This document shows positions 10,114-19,663 of a stretch of 64,000 bases of DNA, in pieces (position 1 is the first letter of the stretch; each line of letters starts with the position of its first letter). The stretch lies in the NCBI GenBank assembly GCA_036918135.1, contig JBALDB010000038.1:32001-96000 (forward strand), written 5' to 3'. The notes beneath the pieces were generated by a model. The model was not told the origin of the DNA, did no database searches, and saw only the letters and a list, made by a program, of their open reading frames with translations. The DNA comes from Nostoc sp. Lineage in GTDB: Bacteria > Cyanobacteriota > Cyanobacteriia > Cyanobacteriales > Nostocaceae. A program made the translations under genes and the position numbers.

Positions 10114-10962
10114 ATGGCTAAATCAAAAGAGCAAAAAACACAACAGCCACCAGGTGTGGAATCAGAAATGACGCCAAAACCAAAAGCTGATGATGCCCAA
10201 TATCGGGGTAGTGGCAAGTTACAAGATAAAGTAGCGTTAATTACGGGTGGAGATAGTGGTATTGGTCGTGCTGTAGCAGTTGCTTTTGCTAAAGAAGGCG
10301 CAGATGTAGCAATTCTTTACCTTAACGAACACGACGATGCTAAAGAAACAAAACATTTGGTAGAAAAACAAGGGCGTCGTGCAGTAACTATCGCAGGTGA
10401 TATCGGCGATGAAACCTTTTGTCAGCAGGCTATACAACAAACACTTGATGAGTTTGGCAAACTTGATATTCTAATCAACAATGCCGCCGAACAACATCCT
10501 AAAGAAAGTATTGAGGAAATCACCAAAGAGCAATTAGAGCGCACTTTCCGCACTAATATATTCTCTATGTTTTTCATGACTAAAGCTGCACTCAAGCACC
10601 TACACGAAGGTAGTTCTATCATCAATACCACATCAGTAACAGCTTATAAAGGTAATCCCCAATTACTAGATTACTCTTCCACAAAAGGTGCGATCGTTGC
10701 CTTTACTCGTTCCTTGTCAAAAAATTTGGTGTCAAAGGGAATTCGCGTGAATGCTGTCGCACCAGGCCCCATTTGGACACCTTTAATTCCTTCAACTTTT
10801 CCTAAAGAGAAAGTTGAAAGTTTTGGAAAACAAGTTCCGATGGAACGAGCCGGACAACCAGAAGAAGTTGCACCTAGCTATGTATATTTAGCATCGGATG
10901 ACGCTTCTTATGTTTCTGGTCAAGTGTTACATGTCAATGGTGGAGATGTTGTCAACGGCTAA
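10114..10962 (+). CDS. SDR family oxidoreductase (YhdF/YghA-like general stress dehydrogenase)
   Basis: TGGDSGIG, NNAA, YSSTK catalytic motif, PGPIWTP. ATG at 10114. Confidence 0.92.
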   Translation: MAKSKEQKTQQPPGVESEMTPKPKADDAQYRGSGKLQDKVALITGGDSGIGRAVAVAFAKEGADVAILYLNEHDDAKETKHLVEKQGRRAVTIAGDIGDETFCQQAIQQTLDEFGKLDILINNAAEQHPKESIEEITKEQLERTFRTNIFSMFFMTKAALKHLHEGSSIINTTSVTAYKGNPQLLDYSSTKGAIVAFTRSLSKNLVSKGIRVNAVAPGPIWTPLIPSTFPKEKVESFGKQVPMERAGQPEEVAPSYVYLASDDASYVSGQVLHVNGGDVVNG

Positions 10963-11194
10963 ATTAAAAAATTAGGAGTGAGAAGTTAGGAGTTAAGAGT
11001 TAGTAAGTTTTGGAGTTAGGAGTTATAAATTTATAATTATTAGTTATTAACTCTTAACTCTTAATTTTTAATTGCTAATTTTTAATTTAGTTTGATAATT
11101 CTACCCTAATATTCCTCCATTTGGAAGATGACTAAATATTTCAATATAGCTAATATATTTCACAGCAAACATTTAATAAATCACAATTACGTCT

Positions 11195-11452
11195 ATGGCA
11201 TCTCCTACACCATTGCATGGCAGAGAACTAGTAGATTGTGCAAGAGCAAATGCCGACCAAGGAATCGAAACTGCTGCTTATTATTGTGGCTATGGTGAAG
11301 ATCTCAACAAATTTTCTCAAGAACTTAGGCAAGCTTGCGAGGACATGAATTTACAAGTAAAGGAGCTTAGCGAACTAATTACCGACCAGGATTCGCTCCT
11401 AAAACTGGGTGAGGGCGAAATTGTTGCTCCAGATACGGCATCAGAATTGTAA
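11195..11452 (+). CDS. Hypothetical protein (85 aa), cyanobacterial type
   Basis: ATG-started ORF with protein-like composition (LVDCARAN, CGYG motifs). Confidence 0.75.
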   Translation: MASPTPLHGRELVDCARANADQGIETAAYYCGYGEDLNKFSQELRQACEDMNLQVKELSELITDQDSLLKLGEGEIVAPDTASEL

Positions 11453-11515
11453 AAGTTGGTGATTTGTCCTTTGTCATTAGTCATTTGGACTTTGCAAATA
11501 ACAAATGACTAATGA

Positions 11516-12916
11516 TTATAACTTTAAAATGAATCGTGCCAAATTAAAGTAAATCAAAACGCCTAGTACATCAACTGCTGTGGTGATGAATGGTGCTGAC
11601 ATCAACGCCGGATCTAAACGCAGGAAACGAAATAAGAATGGCAGTGCAGAACCAGAGACAGAGGCCAAGATAGAAATACCTACCAGACTAGTGCCTACAG
11701 CGATCGCTACTTCTAATCGTCCTTGTAAAAAGTAAGCCCAGACAGTTGCGATCGTACCTAACATTCCTCCCAATAAAGCACCTGCTATTGCCTCCCGCCC
11801 AATTACCTGTAACGAACCAAGCGATCGAATCTCATCCGTGTTCATCCCGCGAATTACGACTGTGGAAGACTGGGCACCCACATTACCACCAGTACCAGTT
11901 AGTAATGGGATAAATGCTGTTAATGTCACTACTTTTGCTAAGATATCTTCTTGCGACTTGATAATGGTTCCTGTAACCGTATTAGTTAAAAGTAAAACCA
12001 ACAACCATAAAACCCGCTTCCTAGCAACTTCTAATAAATTTGTTTGAAAATAGTTGTCGCCTCCCGACTGCACACCACCACCCAAGGCATATATATCTTC
12101 GGTGGTTTCTTGTTGTAGAATATCAATCACATCATCTACAGTGACAATACCTACTAGACGCTGTTCTCGATCTACCACAGGTACAGCTAAAAAGTCATAT
12201 CTTTGGATTAATCTGGCAACTTCTTCCTGGTCTGTATCGGTGTAGACAAATACCACATCACGCGTCATAATTTCGCCAATAATTTGCTCTGGCTGGGATG
12301 TTACTAACTCTCGCAACGATACAATTCCCGTTAACCGCCTTTCTGCATCAGTGACATAAAGATAATAAATTATCTCACTGGCATTAGCTAAGTTGCGAAT
12401 TCGCTCTAGGGTTTGAGATACTGTAAAGTTTTCTTTGAGCGAGATTAACTCTAAGGTCATAATTCGCCCAGCAGTATCAGCTTCATAACCCAATAATTGG
12501 GCTGTAGCTTGGCGTTCTGCTGGACTTAGTTGTTCTAAGAGGCGATTAACGACTTTTGCGGGTAATTCATCAAACAACCTCGCTCGGTCATCTGGCGACA
12601 TTCGATCGACAATATCACGGACTTCCTGACTTTTAAGTTCGTCAATTAACCGTTCTTGAACGCTGTAGTCGAGATACTCATAAACCTCAATCGCTTCATC
12701 CTTAGAAAGTAAGCGAAAAGCCAAAGCGTGCATTGCTTTTGGCAAACCCTCAATTGCCTCGGCAATGTCCGCAAACTGCACAGGTACGAGAATAGCTTTT
12801 GCTCCCTGCAAGTCCCCTGCTTCTAGCAGCATTTGTAGCTGAGTCCGTACCAAATCCCGCAATTCCCTGCGTGAAATATTTTGGAGGACAGAGTTTAAAT
12901 TGTTTGTCTCAGTCAA
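11516..12916 (-). CDS. mgtE: Magnesium transporter MgtE
   Basis: MgtE N-domain, CBS pair, GGNVGAQS and DPALMSAPFITT motifs. Confidence 0.96.
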   Translation of the reverse strand: MTETNNLNSVLQNISRRELRDLVRTQLQMLLEAGDLQGAKAILVPVQFADIAEAIEGLPKAMHALAFRLLSKDEAIEVYEYLDYSVQERLIDELKSQEVRDIVDRMSPDDRARLFDELPAKVVNRLLEQLSPAERQATAQLLGYEADTAGRIMTLELISLKENFTVSQTLERIRNLANASEIIYYLYVTDAERRLTGIVSLRELVTSQPEQIIGEIMTRDVVFVYTDTDQEEVARLIQRYDFLAVPVVDREQRLVGIVTVDDVIDILQQETTEDIYALGGGVQSGGDNYFQTNLLEVARKRVLWLLVLLLTNTVTGTIIKSQEDILAKVVTLTAFIPLLTGTGGNVGAQSSTVVIRGMNTDEIRSLGSLQVIGREAIAGALLGGMLGTIATVWAYFLQGRLEVAIAVGTSLVGISILASVSGSALPFLFRFLRLDPALMSAPFITTAVDVLGVLIYFNLARFILKL

Positions 12917-13854
12917 AGTTCACTTTCCTCAGTCAATTTGAACAAAGTTGCTGCCATTAGTCTAGGGGAAAGTGGGGTTATACAACGTCAAACTTGTGAT
13001 TTTTCCAAGCTTAATTGAAAACTTTTATTAATTAATTATAAATGATAGCAATATTATTAAGTAAATACTTGATTTATACTAATTATTGTAACAAAGTTCT
13101 AAATTAATAATCAAAATGAAGTAAGTGATAAATACTACTTTTTAAAATCTTTAAATATGTAAAATTTTCTTTATAAGATTTTCATATAATCATTATGTAG
13201 AAATAAAAAAAACATGAGATTATTCTGTATATCGGTAATTTTTATTTAGAAATTATCAAAACTTTCATATACCTTTAAAAATTTATATTTAATGTAAATA
13301 TTTAAACAAAGTTGCACCAAACAGATAGACATAACACGGTGATATAGTGTGAAATGTTTAATTGATTAATTAAAGAAATACACTTAAGTACAAAAGTGAG
13401 GAATTAAACGCTACTTACGTATATACATACTTTAAGCGGTTATTAGACATCAGATAAGTTATTAAGTTTTTAAATGGTGATTTATATTTGTTAAATATTA
13501 AATTGAGCTAACTGAATTACACATTTCACAAACTTTGAGATTTACAGACACAAAACAAAGTTTAATTAGAGTTAACACGCCCTAAATTAATTTTGCTATT
13601 AGTGGAGATATAAGAACATATATCAGCTGATATGATTTTATTCTTATATTGATATAAATAGGCAGCAAAGTAGTAAAGTAAACAAGCAAAATAACAGATA
13701 GAAAAATGTGTATCAGCGTTAATTAATATTATATTAATTAAGTAAATTCAATTAGGAACGTCACAGATTTTATTTCCAAAGATTCAATTTAAAACTACCC
13801 ATCAAGCATTAATGGTGGCATTAGTTTTAGCTCTCTTGTGAGGCATATATTTCA

Positions 13855-16800
13855 ATGAATGATTTACAACAGAATCAAAATCTCAATCAACTTTCGTCAA
13901 CATCTACAAGTCCAGTCACTGGTGGTCAATCAGCTTTAGCAGCCCTAGATCGGGCGCAACCAAGTATATTGGCTGGGGCTAGCAGCGTGCTTTCTCAGGG
14001 AGATGGACTCAAAGCAGAGTACTACGACAACGCTGACTTCACCAACTTGAAGGTAACTCGCACAGATGCGACAGTGAACTTTGGTTGGGGTGATAGTTCT
14101 CCAGATCCTACCATCGAACCAGATACCTTCTCAGTGCGTTGGACAGGTCAAGTAGAAGCCAAATATAGCGAGACTTACAACTTCTACACCAGCAGTGATG
14201 ATGGTGTACGACTGTGGGTGAATAATCAACTGCTTGTTGACCACTTTGTTAATCAATCGAACACAGAATACAGTGGCTCAATCAATCTGGTTGCAGGTCA
14301 AAAGTACGATATTAAACTAGAGTACTTCGAGAATACCTACTCTGCTGTTTCTCGACTATCTTGGTCAAGCGCCTCTCAGACTAAGGAAATTATTCCTCAG
14401 TCTCAACTTTACAGTCAGGTCGATACATCTACACCAACACCAACACCTATAGGTACTGGTACACCTACACCAACAGCCGCAGCTGTTGGTAATGGCGACG
14501 GACTGCAAGGACAATACTACGACAACGCTGACTTCACCAACTTGAAGGTAACTCGTACAGATGCGACAGTGAACTTTGGTTGGGGTAGTGGTTCTCCAGT
14601 TCCTTCCACCATCGAACCAGATACCTTCTCAGTGCGTTGGACAGGTCAGGTACAAGCCAAGTACAGCGAAACTTACAACTTCTACACCAACAGTGATGAT
14701 GGTGTGCGACTGTGGGTGAATAATACACTGCTCGTTGACCACTTTGTCAATCAATCGAACACAGAATACAGTGGCTCAATCAATCTGGTTGCAGGTCAAA
14801 AGTATGATATTAAATTGGAGTACTTCGACAATACCTACTCTGCTGTCTCTCGACTATCTTGGTCAAGCGCTTCTCAGACCAAGGAAATTATTCCTCAGTC
14901 TCAACTTTATAGTCAGGTTAGTACACCCACTAACCCACCTGCTGGTAGTGGTAGTGGCAACGGACTGCAAGGACAATACTACGACAACGCTGACTTTACC
15001 AACTTGAAGGTAACTCGCACAGATGCGACAGTGAACTTTGGTTGGGGTAGTGGTTCTCCAGTTCCTTCCATCGAACCAGATACCTTCTCAGTGCGTTGGA
15101 CAGGTCAGGTACAAGCCAAGTACAGCGAAACTTACAACTTCTACACCAACAGTGATGATGGCGTGCGACTGTGGGTGAATAACCAACTGCTCATTGACCA
15201 CTTTGTCAATCAATCGAACACAGAATACAGTGGCTCAATCAATTTAGTTGCTGGTCAAAAGTACGATATTAAACTAGAGTACTTCGACAATAACTACTCT
15301 GCTGTCTCTCGACTATCTTGGTCAAGCGCTTCTCAGACTAAGGAAATTATTCCTCAGTCTCAACTGTATTCTTCAGCCGTGACAAGCCCGACCACTATCA
15401 CTTTGAACCCATCTCCCACTAGTGTGAACGAAGGTGATGGTAGTGTGACCGTTACTGTACTCAGAAGCGGTGATTTAAGTGGTACTTCTTCAATTAAGTA
15501 TGCTACCTTAGCTAACACTGCAACACCAGGGGATGACTACGGGAATGGTGGTGAGGAAATGGGCGGGACACTCACCTTTGCCCCAGGAGAAACTAGCAAA
15601 CAGGTGGCAATTCGGATTATTGACGATTTGTTAGCTGAATCAAATGAAAGTTTTAGTTTCGCTATCGATCAGCCAGAGGGTGCAAAACTAGGACTCCAAA
15701 GAACTCTCGGAATCACGATTATAGATAATGATAGTCAAGGTCTGAATTTTACTCAGCCAGAAGTTAATGAAAATGATAGTACTGCAACAGTAACAGTTAC
15801 ACGGGGTAACGCTTCGGCAGCTGCTAGTGTAGACTATACAACTGCGGATGGAACTGCTAAAGCTGGATCTGACTATGTGGCTAAAGCTGGAACCTTGAGC
15901 TTTGCAGCTGGAGAAACCAGTAAGACTATTGCTATTACCATTAAAGATGATAACGTTGCAGAAGCGGATGAAGCCTTTACTTTGAAGTTTAGTAACGCAG
16001 TTGGAGTGTCGCTGCCGATTAATCAGACGAGTGTGACGATTATCGATAATGATACAGGTAGCTTTGAGAAAAAGACTGTGGTTTCTGGGTTGGATGGACC
16101 TATAGAGTTTGACTGGTCAGCCGACGATAAGCTGATGTTCATCGCCCAGAGAAATGGGGTAGTGAAGGTGTTCAACACCACTACAAATGTCTTAGAATCA
16201 AAGCCATTTATTGATATTTCTGGAGAAGTAAATAATGTATCCGATCGCGGTTTGCTAGGCATGGCGGTACATCCAGATTTTGGTAAGAGTCCGACCGGTA
16301 ACAACTATGTTTATCTGTTGTTTACCTACGATCCACCAGAAACGAATCCAAACAATGCCAAGAATAATCCTAAGAGCACCTTAGACAATCCCGATCAGCG
16401 GGGTAACCGCGCAGCACGGTTAGTTAGATACACAGCCGACCCCAACACTGGTTACAAAACTGCGATCGCTGGCAGTGAAGTTGTACTATTAGGCAAAAAT
16501 AGCACTTGGCAGTACATTAGTCACCCAGATCAAGACAGCACACTAGTTGATGCTAGCGATGATACTAATAACGCCGCACCATCAGGTATTGTAAACAAAA
16601 CCACTGGCAAATTATTTGCCAATGCCCAAGAATATATAGACGCTGTTAAAAACAACAACATCAAAAACGTCCAGGATTTTATGGCCACTGATAGTGCAAC
16701 TCACTCGGGTGGTAGTGTACGCTTTGGTAATGATGGTACAATGTTTGTTAGCCTTGGTGATGGTACTTCTTACAACCGAGCAGACCCCAGAGCACAACGC

Positions 16801-17439
16801 GTCCAGGATATCGATAATCTATCTGGTAAAATCCTGCACATTGACGCTATTACTGGTCAGGGTTTATCAAGTAATCCTTTTTACAACGGTGATGTCAACA
16901 GTAATCGTTCCAAAGTCTATAACTTAGGTCTGCGTAACCCCTTCCGCTTTACCGTAGATCCACGAACTAATATTCCTGTTATCGGTGATACGGGCTGGTA
17001 CAGATGGGAAGAGGTAGATACTGGTGGACCAGGTAAAAACTTTGGCTGGCCATACTTTGAGGGTGGTGTTGATGCAAATGGTAATCTCGTTAACATGAAA
17101 CAAAGCGCCTATGCTAATCTTGATGCAGCGAAGAAGTTCTACGCTAGTGGCGCAACTGTTACAGCACCAATCTACGCCCACGATCATTTAAACGGTTCTA
17201 CTTCGATCGGCGTTGGTACTTTTTACACGGGTGGTAGTTTTAACAATGCTTTGTTTATATTCGATCCCACTAACGGAATTATCGATGCTTTACAATTGAA
17301 CAGTCAGAACAAAGTTACTTCAGTTACACGGTTTGCTTCTAATTTAGGAGTGCCTGTGGATGTAAGAGCTGGAGATGATGGCAAGTTGTACTACGTAGAC
17401 TTGATATCAGGTGAGATTGATAGCTGGAAACCTGTTTAA
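13855..17439 (+). CDS. PA14 x3 / Calx-beta x2 / glucose-sorbosone (PQQ-type) dehydrogenase-like beta-propeller protein
   Basis: Three PA14 units (FSVRWTG...SDDGVRLWV), two Calx-beta (GTLTFAPGETSK, GTLSFAAGETSK), GSDH motifs (DRGLLGMAVHPDF, HSGG, GLRNPFR). Confidence 0.88.
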   Translation: MNDLQQNQNLNQLSSTSTSPVTGGQSALAALDRAQPSILAGASSVLSQGDGLKAEYYDNADFTNLKVTRTDATVNFGWGDSSPDPTIEPDTFSVRWTGQVEAKYSETYNFYTSSDDGVRLWVNNQLLVDHFVNQSNTEYSGSINLVAGQKYDIKLEYFENTYSAVSRLSWSSASQTKEIIPQSQLYSQVDTSTPTPTPIGTGTPTPTAAAVGNGDGLQGQYYDNADFTNLKVTRTDATVNFGWGSGSPVPSTIEPDTFSVRWTGQVQAKYSETYNFYTNSDDGVRLWVNNTLLVDHFVNQSNTEYSGSINLVAGQKYDIKLEYFDNTYSAVSRLSWSSASQTKEIIPQSQLYSQVSTPTNPPAGSGSGNGLQGQYYDNADFTNLKVTRTDATVNFGWGSGSPVPSIEPDTFSVRWTGQVQAKYSETYNFYTNSDDGVRLWVNNQLLIDHFVNQSNTEYSGSINLVAGQKYDIKLEYFDNNYSAVSRLSWSSASQTKEIIPQSQLYSSAVTSPTTITLNPSPTSVNEGDGSVTVTVLRSGDLSGTSSIKYATLANTATPGDDYGNGGEEMGGTLTFAPGETSKQVAIRIIDDLLAESNESFSFAIDQPEGAKLGLQRTLGITIIDNDSQGLNFTQPEVNENDSTATVTVTRGNASAAASVDYTTADGTAKAGSDYVAKAGTLSFAAGETSKTIAITIKDDNVAEADEAFTLKFSNAVGVSLPINQTSVTIIDNDTGSFEKKTVVSGLDGPIEFDWSADDKLMFIAQRNGVVKVFNTTTNVLESKPFIDISGEVNNVSDRGLLGMAVHPDFGKSPTGNNYVYLLFTYDPPETNPNNAKNNPKSTLDNPDQRGNRAARLVRYTADPNTGYKTAIAGSEVVLLGKNSTWQYISHPDQDSTLVDASDDTNNAAPSGIVNKTTGKLFANAQEYIDAVKNNNIKNVQDFMATDSATHSGGSVRFGNDGTMFVSLGDGTSYNRADPRAQRVQDIDNLSGKILHIDAITGQGLSSNPFYNGDVNSNRSKVYNLGLRNPFRFTVDPRTNIPVIGDTGWYRWEEVDTGGPGKNFGWPYFEGGVDANGNLVNMKQSAYANLDAAKKFYASGATVTAPIYAHDHLNGSTSIGVGTFYTGGSFNNALFIFDPTNGIIDALQLNSQNKVTSVTRFASNLGVPVDVRAGDDGKLYYVDLISGEIDSWKPV

Positions 17440-17497
17440 AATCAGTGGGGACTGGGGAACGATTAAAATAATTCTTTCCCAATCCCCAATACCCAAT

Positions 17498-19048
17498 TCA
17501 AGATAACTTTGTTACAAACCGTAACAACTTTTTAGTAGTTGATGTCAGGAGTGTACGACGATAGGCATCAGCTGCTTTTTTTATTGCTTCGGCTTGAGTA
17601 GGATAAGGATGAATCACACTGCTTAACTTACTTAAACCGATTTTATTTACAATTGCCGTAGTCAGTTGTGAGATTATTTCACCTGCATGACGGGCGACAA
17701 TGGTTGCACCGAGAATTTCATCACCACCTTTTTTGTGGTGGATTTTGAGAAATCCTAACTCTTCACCATCAGTGATCGCTCGGTCTACACTCCTAAAAGG
17801 AATGGCGATCGTTGTCACTTCAATGCCTAACTTCTGTGCCTCGTGTTCGTACATTCCTACGTGGGCAATTTCGGGGTCGGTATAAGTTACCCAAGGCATT
17901 ACCAAGCTACTGAGTTTTGTACGTCCGAAGCCAAACGGAGAAAATAAGCTATTCTTAATCGCAATCTGCGCTGCTGCATCAGCAGCATGGGTAAACTTCC
18001 ACCTCATGCAGATATCACCAGCTGCATAGATTTTGGGATTCGTTGTTTGCAGGTAATCATTTACCTTTACACCTTGGCGTTTATCGTATTCCACACCCGC
18101 TGCTTCTAAATTCAGACCTTCGACATTGGGCGCACGTCCAACACCAACTAAAATTTCATTTACCGTCACAGAATCTCGATGACCATTGGAGGAAAAGTAA
18201 AGCCGTTTACCTTCGGTAACTGTTACCACTTCTTCCAACTTGGAATTCAACACTAGGCGGATTCCTTCACTAATTAAAACCTTTTGCAGAATTTTAGCAG
18301 CCTCAGCATCTTCTTGATTGAGAATCTGAGAACCGCTATGAAAAAGTACCACCTCAGAACCCAAGCGCCGCAAAGCCTGCGCCAATTCGCAACCAACAGG
18401 GCCGCCACCAATCACTGCCAAACGTTCTGGTCGTTGAATTAAAGAAAAAACTGTTTCATTGGTGAGATAACCTGCTTGTTCAAGTCCTGGAATCGCAGGT
18501 TGTGCGGCTCTAGCTCCAGTTGCAATTACAGCCTTTTTAAACCGGAGAGTTTTACCGTCAACTTCCACAGTATTTTTACTTGCAAATCGACCGCTACCCA
18601 AGAAGACATCGACCCCTAAATTTTCAAATCGTTCTGCTGAGTGATGATGGCTGATATCAGCTCTTACGCGCCGCACTCTAGCCATAACTGTGGAAAAATC
18701 AATATCAATATTGTGTTGGGGAATATTAACTCCCAAGTCTTTAGCATTCCAGATTTCACCAACTACGCGAGTAGAGCGAATCATAGTTTTAGATGGTACG
18801 CAAGCAACATTTAAGCAATCTCCACCCATGAGATGCTTTTCAATTAACGCCACTTTTAACCCCAAATCCAGACCTACTGCACCCGCCGCTACTGCTAATC
18901 CCGCCGTCCCAGCACCAATTACTACTAAGTCGTAAACCTTAGCGGGTTGAGGATTAACCCAATTTGGCGGATGGACATAAGATACTAACTTTTGATTATA
19001 CTCATCCATTGGGCGAACAGTGACTCTCTCGAATTCTGAATTGGTCAT
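17498..19048 (-). CDS. Pyridine nucleotide-disulfide oxidoreductase (mercuric-reductase-like / LPD-like family)
   Basis: GAGTAG, GGDCLNVACVPSK redox disulfide, GGGPVG, HPYPTQAE. No C-terminal Cys-Cys pair. Confidence 0.88.
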   Translation of the reverse strand: MTNSEFERVTVRPMDEYNQKLVSYVHPPNWVNPQPAKVYDLVVIGAGTAGLAVAAGAVGLDLGLKVALIEKHLMGGDCLNVACVPSKTMIRSTRVVGEIWNAKDLGVNIPQHNIDIDFSTVMARVRRVRADISHHHSAERFENLGVDVFLGSGRFASKNTVEVDGKTLRFKKAVIATGARAAQPAIPGLEQAGYLTNETVFSLIQRPERLAVIGGGPVGCELAQALRRLGSEVVLFHSGSQILNQEDAEAAKILQKVLISEGIRLVLNSKLEEVVTVTEGKRLYFSSNGHRDSVTVNEILVGVGRAPNVEGLNLEAAGVEYDKRQGVKVNDYLQTTNPKIYAAGDICMRWKFTHAADAAAQIAIKNSLFSPFGFGRTKLSSLVMPWVTYTDPEIAHVGMYEHEAQKLGIEVTTIAIPFRSVDRAITDGEELGFLKIHHKKGGDEILGATIVARHAGEIISQLTTAIVNKIGLSKLSSVIHPYPTQAEAIKKAADAYRRTLLTSTTKKLLRFVTKLS

Positions 19049-19331
19049 TGGCGAAACCTCATTTAAGAATTGAAAATAGTAAAGTCAACTGGCTTTTAAG
19101 GGAATTCAAAATCACGCTAAAATTAGGCGGCTGAGTCTTTTATTTTTTATGCTTGTTTAACAACAAATACAGCCTTTGAATTATTTTGTCCGTTTGATAA
19201 TTGACAGATACTATTGAAGCTTTCCTGTATAAACGTTTTAGACTCAAAAACCCTACCCCTTAATCTCCTCCCTGCACGCTCTTAGGGAGACAAAGCATAG
19301 CTTTGGCTCTTTGGGGTTCTTAGGATTTAGT

Positions 19332-19461
19332 TAGGACTTACGCAACGCGGATATTGTCATTGCGACCGCAACGGAGTGTAGGGAAGCAATCCTAGCGTCA
19401 GGGGGGATTACTTCGCTATCGCTCGTAATGACGGAGTTACGTTATTTTTGCGTAAGTCCTG
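19332..19461. mobile_element. MITE with AGGACTTACGCA terminal inverted repeats and 5-bp flanking duplication TTAGT, carrying a REP-like internal palindrome
   Basis: TIRs at 19333-19344 and 19449-19460; TTAGT at 19327-19331 and 19462-19466; internal GTCATTGCGA...TCGTAATGAC. Confidence 0.75.
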
Positions 19462-19534
19462 TTAGTAAGTAATCAAGCGGACATGATATGAAGTCTTGAA
19501 AACAAACTCTATCAAGATTTCTACAGGGTGTATT

Positions 19535-19655
19535 AATTACGAATTACGAACTTGTACTGAGCCTTGGGAGAGCGTAGCCGTCGGCGTTCCCGCATCGTCT
19601 CCGTTAGGAGAAGCCTCTCGTAGAGAAGGGTGAAGCCAAAGTATTACGAATTACT
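19535..19655. repeat. ATTACGA heptamer repeats interrupted by nested small dispersed repeats
   Basis: ATTACGA units on both sides of a GC-rich stretch that contains GCCTCTCGTAGAGAAG, also present at 59970. Confidence 0.55.
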
Positions 19656-19663
19656 ATAATTTT

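Noticed and set aside
17498..19048. True mercuric reductase merA
   Set aside because: Lacks the N-terminal metal-binding domain and the C-terminal Cys-Cys pair, keeps the LPD-like His-Glu dyad, and has no mer operon genes nearby.
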